A stretch of 35,068 bases of DNA from Elusimicrobiota bacterium (GTDB lineage Bacteria; Elusimicrobiota; Elusimicrobia; UBA1565), in assembly GCA_043827405.1 (NCBI GenBank), contig JBDRPD010000042.1, positions 1-35,068 on the forward strand. The letters are read 5' to 3'. How positions within the stretch are numbered: the stretch's first letter is position 1; the number at the start of each line of letters is the position of its first letter. Below are positions 25,819 through 35,068 of the stretch, one piece after another. Under the pieces are notes generated by a model. It searched no databases. It was not told the DNA's origin and was given only the letters and a program-made list of their open reading frames with translations. A program made the position numbers and the translations under genes.

Positions 25819-26811
25819 TTAATCCTTCCGGCGATCGATGAAGTGTTTGGAGCCGCCGAAGCTCTTGGCGTGCTTTTTGAGCTCCGCGCCGAGCTGGCTG
25901 ACCTGGGCATGTGAGGTGAGCGGCTTGAGGCTGTTGTGGCAGATGCCGATCGCGATTCCCAGTAACGGGTATTCCACGGTTTCACCCCGCCGGTCCTTGG
26001 CGATGATCTTGCCGCGTCGCGCGTCTTCTTCCTTATAGAAGGAAGGGACTATCCGATCATACTCCGAGATGATGACATCGGCCAAGAGTTCCATTTTATC
26101 GGGATTGGTGACTACGATGAAATCGTCGCCGCCGATATGGCCTATGAAATCCCCTTCCGCTCCGCGAGCATGCACGGTATCCAGGATAAGCTTGCCGGTC
26201 GTTTTTAGGACCTGGTCGCCGGCGGCAAAGCCGTAGACGTCGTTGTAGGCCTTGAAGTTGTTGAGGTCCAGGTAGAGGATGGCCAGGGGGCCGCCGCGGC
26301 TGATCCGCTCCGCGATCTTGTTCTGAATCGAGGCGTTGCCCGGCATCTTGGTCAGCGGATTGGCGTCGATGCTCTGCTTGGTGCGCTTAAGGATCATGCG
26401 GATGCGGGCCAGCAGCTCAATGAGGTTGACCGGCTTGGTGACGAAGTCGTCGGCGCCGAGCTCGAGTCCCTGCACCTTATTGTCCAAGTCGGCGGCGCCG
26501 GAGAGCAGGATAACCGGCAGGTGCTGGCTGAGCGGGTTTTCCTTGAGCGCCTGGCAGACCTCGAAGCCGTTTTTCATCGGCATCCAGAGGTCCAGGATGA
26601 CGAGATCGGGAGGGGATTCGAGCACAAAATCGAGAGCGTCCTGGCCGTTGGAGGCCGCCCGGACCTCGTAGCCTTCCATCTCGAGCGCGTCCTGCATCAG
26701 CGCCAGCAAGTCGTCCTGGTCATCGGCGACCACGATGCGGGCGCCCACGGACGGCTGGCCGGGGATGTCGGGCTTGCCGTCTTGCGCAAGGGGGGGATCG
26801 CTCTGTTCCAT
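25819..26811 (-). CDS. Response regulator with GGDEF-family (GGDDF) diguanylate cyclase domain
   Basis: REC motifs (VADDQ, DLVILDLWMP, GADDFVTKP), then DANPLTKMPGN, DLNNFKAYNDVYGFAAGD and HIGGDDF. Confidence 0.9.
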   Translation of the reverse strand: MEQSDPPLAQDGKPDIPGQPSVGARIVVADDQDDLLALMQDALEMEGYEVRAASNGQDALDFVLESPPDLVILDLWMPMKNGFEVCQALKENPLSQHLPVILLSGAADLDNKVQGLELGADDFVTKPVNLIELLARIRMILKRTKQSIDANPLTKMPGNASIQNKIAERISRGGPLAILYLDLNNFKAYNDVYGFAAGDQVLKTTGKLILDTVHARGAEGDFIGHIGGDDFIVVTNPDKMELLADVIISEYDRIVPSFYKEEDARRGKIIAKDRRGETVEYPLLGIAIGICHNSLKPLTSHAQVSQLGAELKKHAKSFGGSKHFIDRRKD

Positions 26812-26853
26812 CGCGTGCGTAAGGATACTTTATCGCGCGGCGGACCACAAGGA

Positions 26854-26869
26854 ATTGACCGGGGTCAAT
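26854..26869. promoter_or_regulatory. Palindromic operator-like site ATTGACC-GG-GGTCAAT (TTGAC-N4-GTCAA, CRP/FNR-family-like geometry)
   Basis: Perfect 7-bp inverted repeat in the 120-bp divergent intergenic region between the GGDEF gene and the atp operon. Confidence 0.45.
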
Positions 26870-26901
26870 GATTTCGATCAACAGTGGGATTCTTGGGCTT
26901 T

Positions 26902-26910
26902 TGTTAAAAT
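26902..26910 (+). promoter_or_regulatory. Extended -10 element TGnTAAAAT, candidate atp operon promoter
   Basis: TG-T-TAAAAT located 21 nt upstream of ATG26932. Confidence 0.45.
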
Positions 26911-26931
26911 CGCCCAAGACGTTGATCTTTG

Positions 26932-27162
26932 ATGGGTAAAATCCCCGCGGAGTCGCCAAAAAACAAGTCTGGCGCGAATCCCATGGCGCTCGCTTTTGGG
27001 CTTGGGTTCGAGCTGGTCCTGCCGGTGTTGGCGGGCGTCGTGGGCGGCCGGTGGGCGGATGGAAAGTTGGGGACGCAGCCCTGGCTGCTTCTCATAGGAA
27101 CTTTCGCTGGATTTTCGCTTGGGCTCTACCAACTTATCCGTAAAACGAGAATTTCTAAGTAA
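26932..27162 (+). CDS. atpZ: AtpZ/AtpI-family small membrane protein (first gene of atp operon)
   Basis: Two TMs with the family pattern LGFELVLPVLAGVVGGRWADGKLGTQPWLLLIG...G. It sits at the head of the atp operon. Confidence 0.8.
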   Translation: MGKIPAESPKNKSGANPMALAFGLGFELVLPVLAGVVGGRWADGKLGTQPWLLLIGTFAGFSLGLYQLIRKTRISK

Positions 27163-27511
27163 GACCGCCCGCAGCGCGTTGGAGGGCGCCGTGCTGGCTC
27201 TCGCCGCGGCGGTTTTGCTCCGGTGGAAGTTGGCGGAACATCTGGTCCGGCCGGCCTGGGTGGGTGTTTTCGCCGCGTGGGCGGTGTCCACGGCGAGCGT
27301 CGCGGCTTTGTTGGCGTTTCGCGGCCGCTCTTTTGAGTCGTTTCTGTGGGCGTTCGGCGGGGGAGTGCTTCTGCGGATGGCGGTGCTGGCCGGCATGATG
27401 GCCGTCGTCTGGGGCGAGCGCTACGAAGTTCAGGCGGCGCTGCTCGGCTCGTATGCGGCGGGAATTTTAGTTCTTTTAACGACGGAGTATAGGCAGCTCA
27501 GCGGGAAATAA
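27119..27511 (+). CDS. atpI: ATP synthase I-like 4-TM membrane protein (start uncertain: TTG27119, TTG27179 or GTG27191)
   Basis: Hydrophobic ORF with four TM-like segments and a GGVLLRM motif, ending 2 nt before atpB, which is the typical AtpI position. Confidence 0.6.
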   Translation: MGSTNLSVKREFLSKTARSALEGAVLALAAAVLLRWKLAEHLVRPAWVGVFAAWAVSTASVAALLAFRGRSFESFLWAFGGGVLLRMAVLAGMMAVVWGERYEVQAALLGSYAAGILVLLTTEYRQLSGK

Positions 27512-27513
27512 CC

Positions 27514-28302
27514 ATGGATATCGAATCGGCAATCGCGCATCATCTTCTGGATTCTCCGCCCATCGTCAAGCTTTTTTCGATCGGCGGCATCGAGTTCGCG
27601 CTCACCAAGCATCTGATCATTTTGTGGCTGGTGGGCGCGTTTCTGCTCGCGACCTTTACCTACGCCGGCCGGGGCACTTCCCGCTTCGCGCTGCTGCTGC
27701 GCATGGCGATCGAGGGCATCGTGCTCTATCTGCGCGACCAGGTTATCAACCCGATTCTCGGCCATGACGCGCACAAGTACCTGCATTATTTTCTGACGGT
27801 CTTCTTCTTTATCTTGTTTTGCAACCTCGCGGGCATGATTCCGAGCAGCGCGACGGTAACCGGCAATATCGCCGTGACCGGGGGGTTGGCGTTCTGCTCG
27901 TTCTGCCTGGTGATGATCGCGGGTCTGCGCGCGCAGGGCGGGGTCATCCCGTTCCTAAAGCACTTTATTCCCCTGGCCTCCGATTCTCATTGGTCGCTCA
28001 AGCTGGCGCTTGGGCCGCTGCTGTTCGTGCTGGAATTCGGCGGGCTGATGGTTAAGTGCGGGGTGCTCATGGTCCGGTTGTTCGCCAATATGATCGCCGG
28101 GCATATTGTGATTCTCGGCATTATGTCTTTGATTTTCATATTCGGCGCCGTCAGCCAATGGATGGGTATGGGCGCCGGGGTCTTTTCGGTGGCGCTGATC
28201 ACGTTTGTCAACTGTCTCGAGCTTTTGATCTGTCTGCTGCAGGCGTTCGTGTTTACGCTGTTGACGGCGGTCTTCGTCGGCAGCGTTATGCACGCGCATT
28301 AG
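27514..28302 (+). CDS. atpB: F0F1 ATP synthase subunit a
   Basis: ILFCNLAGMIP, TVTGNIAVT, conserved Arg in VRLFANMIAGH, LELLICLLQAFVFTLLTAVF. Confidence 0.96.
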   Translation: MDIESAIAHHLLDSPPIVKLFSIGGIEFALTKHLIILWLVGAFLLATFTYAGRGTSRFALLLRMAIEGIVLYLRDQVINPILGHDAHKYLHYFLTVFFFILFCNLAGMIPSSATVTGNIAVTGGLAFCSFCLVMIAGLRAQGGVIPFLKHFIPLASDSHWSLKLALGPLLFVLEFGGLMVKCGVLMVRLFANMIAGHIVILGIMSLIFIFGAVSQWMGMGAGVFSVALITFVNCLELLICLLQAFVFTLLTAVFVGSVMHAH

Positions 28303-28398
28303 ATTTCGTACACCGTCCAGCGGCGCTTCTGGACGAGGTCGCACCCGATCCGGCCCGGCGTACTCCGCGATCGGACCTAAACAACGGAGGACTTAACT

Positions 28399-28683
28399 AT
28401 GTGGCATCTAGCATTCGGTTATCTCGGCCTCGGCCTCGGTATCGGCCTGGCTCTCATCGCCGGCGGCTTCGGCATCGCTCGCCTGGCGAGCGCGGCGCTC
28501 GAAGGCGCGGCGCGTCAGCCGGAAGTGGTCGGTCCGCTGCAGACCATGATGATTATCCCGGCGGCCATGATCGAGGGCGCTGTCATCTTCGCGCTCGTCA
28601 TCTTCTTCCTGGCCGGCGGTGCGCTTAACAGCGGCGTTCCTGTGGCAGGCGGCTCTGCCCCCGCGGCGACCGCGAGCCACTAA
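28399..28683 (+). CDS. atpE: F0F1 ATP synthase subunit c (H+-type motif)
   Basis: GGAGG RBS at 28386-28390. Gly-rich helix, ARQPE loop and ion-binding Glu in AMIEGA. Confidence 0.96.
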   Translation: MWHLAFGYLGLGLGIGLALIAGGFGIARLASAALEGAARQPEVVGPLQTMMIIPAAMIEGAVIFALVIFFLAGGALNSGVPVAGGSAPAATASH

Positions 28684-28696
28684 GCTCGAAACATGA

Positions 28697-28730
28697 TCCA
28701 TTTCCGGCGGCGAAAGCCGCCGGAAGTGGA
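28697..28730 (+). other. 15-bp stem with GAAA tetraloop between atpE and atpF (no U-tract)
   Basis: tccatttccggcggc-GAAA-gccgccggaagtgga forms 14 Watson-Crick pairs plus one G-U. Confidence 0.75.
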
Positions 28731-28766
28731 CACAATTTGACGCATCCGTCGTTTGCGGAGGAACTT

Positions 28767-29276
28767 ATGCTGGACAAACTGCTGGACCCGCATGCGGGTC
28801 TGATGATATGGACCATTATCTCGTTTTTGGTCCTGGTGCTGCTGATGAAAGTGTTCGCCTGGGATGCGATTCTGGGCATTATCGAGGCCCGTGAAAAGGG
28901 GCTGCGCGACGAGCGCGAGAAGGCCGAAGAGGCTCGCGCCGGCGCGCAGCAGATTCAGCGGGAGCTCGAAGAGCGGCTGGCCAATGCGCAGGGCGAGGTG
29001 AAGGAGATTATCGCCCAGGCGAATAGGGACGGCGAGGTTGTGCGCACCCGGCTCAAGAGCGAGGCCGAAAAGGAGTCGAAGGGGCTGCTCGATAAGACCC
29101 GGGCGCAGCTGCAGGAAGAGAAGGACCGCCTCGTCGGCGAATTGCGCAGCGAGGTGGCGGCGCTGTCGGTGCTGGCCGCCGAGCGGCTGATCAAGAAAAG
29201 CGTCGACGAGGGAGTGCGCAAGAACGTATTGGACGGCTTCTACAAGGACCTCGAGAAGCCCGGGAAGATAAACTAA
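28767..29276 (+). CDS. atpF: F0F1 ATP synthase subunit b
   Basis: ATG28767 follows GGAGGA. LLDPHAGLMIWTIISFLVLVLLMKVFAW TM, then a charged coiled coil. Confidence 0.94.
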   Translation: MLDKLLDPHAGLMIWTIISFLVLVLLMKVFAWDAILGIIEAREKGLRDEREKAEEARAGAQQIQRELEERLANAQGEVKEIIAQANRDGEVVRTRLKSEAEKESKGLLDKTRAQLQEEKDRLVGELRSEVAALSVLAAERLIKKSVDEGVRKNVLDGFYKDLEKPGKIN

Positions 29277-29815
29277 TGCAGGCGTCGGATAGGGTCCTGG
29301 CCCGCCGTTACGCGAGGGCGCTGTATGAGAGCGCCGCCGAGAAGAAGAGTGAGCGTACGATCGCGCAGGATTTGGCTATCGTCGGCCGCAAGCTCTCGGA
29401 AAAGATGGCGGCGTATAATCATCCGCGGATTTCCGCCGCGGATAAGCGGTCGCTCCTGCGGCGCGATCTGGGCGACGCCGTATCCGCCCTGACGCTGCGC
29501 TTTCTCGGGCTTCTGATCGATAAAAAGCGTTTCGGCCTGCTGCCGCAGATTTCATTGGTGTACGGCGGGCTGTGCGACGAAGGCGAGGGGCTTGTGCATG
29601 CGGCGGTTCGCTCCGCGCATGATTTGTCGGACGCGGAGCGCAAGGAGCTGGCCGAGCGCATGGGCCGGCATATGGGCAAGGACATCGTTTTGGACGTCAA
29701 GGTGGACCCGGATCTGCTGGCGGGCGTTGTCGTCCGCATCGGGGACTGGGTGTTCGATGCGAGCCTTAAGGGTGAGCTCGCGAGGATGCGCGGACGCTTG
29801 TCGGCGCAGAACTAG
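29276..29815 (+). CDS. atpH: F0F1 ATP synthase subunit delta
   Basis: LARRYARALY, VRSAHDLS and VDPDLLAGVVVRIGDWVFDASLKGEL. TAATG overlap with atpF. Confidence 0.95.
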   Translation: MQASDRVLARRYARALYESAAEKKSERTIAQDLAIVGRKLSEKMAAYNHPRISAADKRSLLRRDLGDAVSALTLRFLGLLIDKKRFGLLPQISLVYGGLCDEGEGLVHAAVRSAHDLSDAERKELAERMGRHMGKDIVLDVKVDPDLLAGVVVRIGDWVFDASLKGELARMRGRLSAQN

Positions 29816-29830
29816 GAGAGGTTTAACGTC

Positions 29831-31345
29831 ATGGCGATTCGACCGGAAGAGATCACTGGAGTCATCAAGAAGCAGCTGGAAGAGTACCAGGAGTCGACCG
29901 ACATCAAGGAAGAGGGCTTTGTTCTGCAGGTCGGCGACGGCATCGCCCGCGTCTACGGGCTGGAAAACGCCATGGCCGGCGAGCTCCTCGAGCTGCCGCA
30001 CGACGTGTTCGGCATGGTGCTGAACCTGGAGACCGAGAACGTCGGCTGCGTGCTGCTCGGACCGGACCATAAAATTAAAGAAGGCGACCCGGTTAAGCGA
30101 ACCGGCCGCATTATGGACGTGCCGGTCGGGGAGGCGATGATCGGGCGCGTGGTCAACCCGCTCGGTCAGCCGATCGACGGCAAGGGGCCGATCAAGACGA
30201 CCCAGCGGCGTCCGATCGAAATGGTCGCTCCCGGCGTCATGATGCGCCAGCCCGTCACGGTGCCGCTGCAGACGGGGCTTAAGGCGATCGACGGCATGAT
30301 CCCGATCGGCCGCGGTCAGCGCGAGCTGATCATCGGCGACCGGCAGACCGGCAAGACGGCGGTCTGCATCGACACCATCATAAATCAGAAGAACGAAAAG
30401 AACCGGCCGATCTGCATCTATGTGGCGATGGGGCAGAAGCGCTCCACCGTCGCCAATGTCGTCAAGAACCTGGAGGAGCAGGGCGCGATGGAGTATACGA
30501 TCGTGGTCAGCGCCTCGGCCTCCGAGCCGGCGCCCCTGATCTACATCGCGCCTTATGCCGGCTGCGCGATGGGCGAGGAGCTGATGTGGGCGGGCAGGGA
30601 TGTGCTGGTGATGTACGACGATCTGTCCAAGCACGCGCAGGCGTACCGGCAGCTCTCGCTGCTGCTGCGGCGCCCCCCGGGCCGCGAGGCTTATCCGGGC
30701 GACGTCTTCTATCTCCACTCGCGGCTGCTTGAGCGCGCCTGCCGGCTGTCCGACAAGCACGGAGGCGGCTCGCTGACGGCGCTGCCTATTATCGAGACGC
30801 AGGCCGGCGACGTATCGGCCTTTATCCCGACCAACGTCATCTCGATCACCGACGGCCAGATCTATCTGGAGTCGGCGCTCTTCTTCTCCGGTATCCGTCC
30901 CGCGGTGAATGTCGGCTTGTCGGTCTCGCGCGTCGGCGGCGCGGCGCAGATTAAGACCATGAAGAAGGTCGCCGGCAAGCTGCGTCTTGATCTGGCGCAG
31001 TATAACGAGCTGGCGGCGTTCGCCCAATTCGGTTCGGATCTGGACAAGGCTTCGCAGGCGCAGCTGGCGCGCGGCAAGCGCATGGTCGAGCTGCTCAAGC
31101 AGCCGCAGTACCGGCCGATGCCCGTGGTGGAGCAGATCGTGTCCATCTACGCCGGTTCCAGCGGGCTGATGGACGACGTGCCGGTGGACGCGATCGGGAA
31201 GTTCGAGTCCGAGATGCTGGCTTTTATGAAGGATCAAAAGCCCGGATTGATGAAGGAAATTATCGACAAGAATAAGCTCGACGATGAGCTGGAGGCGAAA
31301 ATCAAAGGCGCCATCGAGGAGTTTAAGAAGGGGTTTAAAGCGTGA
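29831..31345 (+). CDS. atpA: F0F1 ATP synthase subunit alpha
   Basis: [11 protein letters not shown], Walker [33 protein letters not shown]. Confidence 0.99.
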   Translation: MAIRPEEITGVIKKQLEEYQESTDIKEEGFVLQVGDGIARVYGLENAMAGELLELPHDVFGMVLNLETENVGCVLLGPDHKIKEGDPVKRTGRIMDVPVGEAMIGRVVNPLGQPIDGKGPIKTTQRRPIEMVAPGVMMRQPVTVPLQTGLKAIDGMIPIGRGQRELIIGDRQTGKTAVCIDTIINQKNEKNRPICIYVAMGQKRSTVANVVKNLEEQGAMEYTIVVSASASEPAPLIYIAPYAGCAMGEELMWAGRDVLVMYDDLSKHAQAYRQLSLLLRRPPGREAYPGDVFYLHSRLLERACRLSDKHGGGSLTALPIIETQAGDVSAFIPTNVISITDGQIYLESALFFSGIRPAVNVGLSVSRVGGAAQIKTMKKVAGKLRLDLAQYNELAAFAQFGSDLDKASQAQLARGKRMVELLKQPQYRPMPVVEQIVSIYAGSSGLMDDVPVDAIGKFESEMLAFMKDQKPGLMKEIIDKNKLDDELEAKIKGAIEEFKKGFKA

Positions 31346-31803
31346 GGACACCGTTTGCGCTGGCGTCCGGTCTGCTGGCCGCCGCCCTATGGGCGACGGC
31401 GGCGGCCGTCGCCGAACCGCCCCGGGGCGCGCCGCGGATGGAGCAGCTTAACCCGTCGCTCTCCGAGGCTCTTACGGCGATCAAGCAGCGCCCTCTGGAG
31501 GGCGCTTTCCTGTTTATCCCGGCCGCGGACTCGTCGGCGGCGATGGCGGCGTACCTGCTCAGAGATCATGCGACGCTCAAGCGCTTCGTCCGCAAGGCGG
31601 AAAAAGACATAAAGCGGGTCCGGGCGATTACCCGTTGGGACAAAATGGTCTGCCTGCATCTTGTCGCGATGGGCGTGGACAATGCGGGACCGGACGGCGG
31701 ACCTCGCCTTTCCCCGAAGTGGGTCGCGCGCGTTCAGGAGTTGACGCTGGCGCAGTCGGTGGCGTATCAGGATATGCTCATTAAGCGCGGAGGCGGGAAC
31801 TGA
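31342..31803 (+). CDS. Hypothetical exported protein
   Basis: GTGA overlap with the atpA stop. Signal-peptide-like [24 protein letters not shown]. Exactly fills the gap to the next gene. No recognisable domain. Confidence 0.65.
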   Translation: MRTPFALASGLLAAALWATAAAVAEPPRGAPRMEQLNPSLSEALTAIKQRPLEGAFLFIPAADSSAAMAAYLLRDHATLKRFVRKAEKDIKRVRAITRWDKMVCLHLVAMGVDNAGPDGGPRLSPKWVARVQELTLAQSVAYQDMLIKRGGGN

Positions 31804-31804
31804 C

Positions 31805-32737
31805 ATGCGGCGCGTTCTGGTGACGGGCGGAGCGGGCTTTATCGGTTCCAATCTGGCGCTTGAGCTTGAGCGCCGCGGCGTGCAGGTTGTGGTCTTGGAT
31901 GATTTTTCCGTCGGGCATTTCGCGAACCTGCGGGGCTTCGGCGGCGACGTCGTGGCGGCGGATATCGCCCGGCCCGAGCAGTGGGCGGGCCGGGTGGGCG
32001 CCGTCGACGCGATATTTCATCAAGCGGCGAATACCGACACGACCGTGACCGACCAGCGCCGGATGATGGAGGTTAATGTCGAGGGCTTCCGCAATATCGT
32101 CTCTTTCGCGCTGGAAACCGGCGTATCCCGCGTGGTCTATGCTTCCTCGGCCGGGGTTTACGGCGCGGGCTCATGCCCGATGCGGGAAACCGGGCCGCAG
32201 GAACCGATGAACGTATACGGATTTTCCAAGAAGGTTATGGAGCGTGTCGGGGCTTCGTTTCTCGGCGAGGAGCAGGCGCTTAAGCTTGTCGGCCTGCGCT
32301 ACTTCAACGTCTACGGCCCCGGGGAAAATCATAAGGGCAAGGTCGCCAGCATGATTTGGCAGCTTTACGGCCAAATGAAAGCGGGCAACCGGCCGCGGAT
32401 ATTCAAGCAGGGCGAGCAGTTCCGGGACCAGATTTACGTGAAGGATGTCGTCGCGGCGAACCTGAAAGCCGCCGCCGCCAAACTCAGCGGCGTCTACAAC
32501 GTCTGCACCGGCAAGCCGACGACGTTCAATAGAATTATTGAAGTGCTCAACGAGGTTATGGGGACCTCGCTCGAGCCGGAGTACTTTGACAACCCCTACT
32601 CGTTTTATCAAAACGAGACGGAAGGCGATCCCCGGGCGGCGCAAGAGGGGATCGGATTCACCGCCGAGTACTCGATCGAGGCCGGAATTAAAGACTATTT
32701 GGGAGGGAAGCCTGCGGCCGTCGCCGCGCAGGTTTGA
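31805..32737 (+). CDS. rfaD: ADP-L-glycero-D-manno-heptose 6-epimerase (extended SDR)
   Basis: VTGGAGFIGSNL, YASSAGVYG, catalytic YGFSK, and HldD-typical LRYFNVYGPGENHKGKVAS and FRDQIYVKDV. Confidence 0.85.
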   Translation: MRRVLVTGGAGFIGSNLALELERRGVQVVVLDDFSVGHFANLRGFGGDVVAADIARPEQWAGRVGAVDAIFHQAANTDTTVTDQRRMMEVNVEGFRNIVSFALETGVSRVVYASSAGVYGAGSCPMRETGPQEPMNVYGFSKKVMERVGASFLGEEQALKLVGLRYFNVYGPGENHKGKVASMIWQLYGQMKAGNRPRIFKQGEQFRDQIYVKDVVAANLKAAAAKLSGVYNVCTGKPTTFNRIIEVLNEVMGTSLEPEYFDNPYSFYQNETEGDPRAAQEGIGFTAEYSIEAGIKDYLGGKPAAVAAQV

Positions 32738-32743
32738 AACGCT

Positions 32744-33664
32744 ATGGCGTCTTTGAGAGAAATCCGCCGCAAGATACAATCCGTGAAGTCGACGCAGCAG
32801 ATTACGCGCGCCATGAAGATGGTGGCCGCCGCGCGCATGCGCAAGGCGCAGAACGCGATCCTGTCCTCCCGGCCGTTTGCCGCCAAGCTTGAGGAGACGG
32901 TGCGCGAGCTCGCCCTGCTGGAGGTTCAGGCGGACAAGCTCGCCGGGCGCGTCGTGCAGATTCACGAGTTTTTCGATGAGCCGAAAGCCGACGACAGCGC
33001 CTGCCTGGTGCTGGTAACGTCGGATAAGGGGCTGTGCGGCGCATTCAATACCGCCGTGCAGCGGGCGGCGCTCGCCTGGTTCCACCGCAACCAGGGCAAG
33101 AAGCTCTCGGTGGTTCTGGTCGGAAAGAAGGGGCGCGACCTCGTGCGCCGGCTGCACGACTTCCACCCGCACTGCCTCGAGGAATGCGTCGGCATTTTCC
33201 CGAAGGTGACCTTCGCCCACGCCGAGCTGATCGGCAAGCCGATTATCGACGGCTTTATGCGGGGAGATTTTGCGACGGTTACGATGATCTACAATGAGTT
33301 TAAATCGGTTGTCTCCCAGCGCGTCGTGCAGCCGCGGCTTCTGCCGATCGCCGCCCCCGAGCTGGCTGAAGACGAGGCCGGAAGCCCCGCGGCCGCGAAC
33401 CCGTACGGCTTCCATTTCGAGCCCGACCGGCAGACTCTGCTCGCGGGGCTGCTGCCGCGCTATATTAAGGCGCAGCTATTTCGGGTATTGCTGGAGTCCC
33501 AGGCCGCGGAGCTCGCGGCCCGAATGAACGCCATGGACTCCGCCACCAAGAATGCCGGCGAACTGCTGGAGACGCTGACGCTTAATATGAACCGTTCGCG
33601 GCAGGCGATCATTACGGGCGAGATCGCGGAGCTGGTGGGCGGCGCGGAGGCGCTGAAAGCGTAA
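32744..33664 (+). CDS. atpG: F0F1 ATP synthase subunit gamma
   Basis: MASLREIRRKIQSVKSTQQITRAMKMVAAA, SDKGLCGAFN, ARMNAMDSATKNA, RQAIITGEIAELVGGAEAL. Confidence 0.98.
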   Translation: MASLREIRRKIQSVKSTQQITRAMKMVAAARMRKAQNAILSSRPFAAKLEETVRELALLEVQADKLAGRVVQIHEFFDEPKADDSACLVLVTSDKGLCGAFNTAVQRAALAWFHRNQGKKLSVVLVGKKGRDLVRRLHDFHPHCLEECVGIFPKVTFAHAELIGKPIIDGFMRGDFATVTMIYNEFKSVVSQRVVQPRLLPIAAPELAEDEAGSPAAANPYGFHFEPDRQTLLAGLLPRYIKAQLFRVLLESQAAELAARMNAMDSATKNAGELLETLTLNMNRSRQAIITGEIAELVGGAEALKA

Positions 33665-33670
33665 GCGCGT

Positions 33671-35068
<1,398 letters not shown>

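Noticed and set aside
25819..26811. Hypr-type cGAMP-synthesising GGDEF
   Set aside because: The specificity position retains Asp (YGFAAGD) rather than Ser/Thr, which points to c-di-GMP if the enzyme is active.
28697..28730. Rho-independent terminator after atpE
   Set aside because: The stem is strong but has no U-tract and lies mid-operon, so it was kept as a stability hairpin instead.
19743..31351. Long minus-strand ORFs 19743-21551, 21774-22760 and 29552-31351
   Set aside because: They lie fully antisense to well-supported genes (PorV-like, kinase fusion, atpA) and have no independent motifs.

Overview
High-GC bacterial window with three blocks. Gene style and content suggest Elusimicrobiota or a similar diderm lineage, which is inference only. 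(1) 3-18605: a 5'-truncated giant (>6200 aa) modular surface protein with three FG-GAP propellers, three LamG domains, two 'ALAVYNGKLYAG' propellers, FN3/Ig-like domains, ten copies of a ~155-aa repeat and a C-terminal YPNPF...KIGVxH FlgD-Ig/T9SS-like sorting domain. (2) 18706-25804: a co-directional cluster encoding a stand-alone copy of that sorting domain, a PorV/PorQ-family barrel fused to TPRs, a single-ORF fusion of histidine kinase + FliF-C-like ring domain + FliG-M/C-like rotor domain, a Pro-rich coiled-coil protein, and a MotA/MotB-type stator pair. No other flagellar genes are in the window. A convergent REC-GGDEF gene follows. This is the candidate novel system: a stripped-down flagellar-derived rotor/stator encoded with T9SS-like export parts and a giant cargo. 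(3) 26932-35068: an F1Fo ATP synthase operon interrupted by a secreted hypothetical gene, hldD/rfaD and a PilZ gene. The 3' part of atpD switches abruptly to a lower-GC codon style, suggesting a chimeric join. All domain calls come from reading motifs by eye, and no database search was run.
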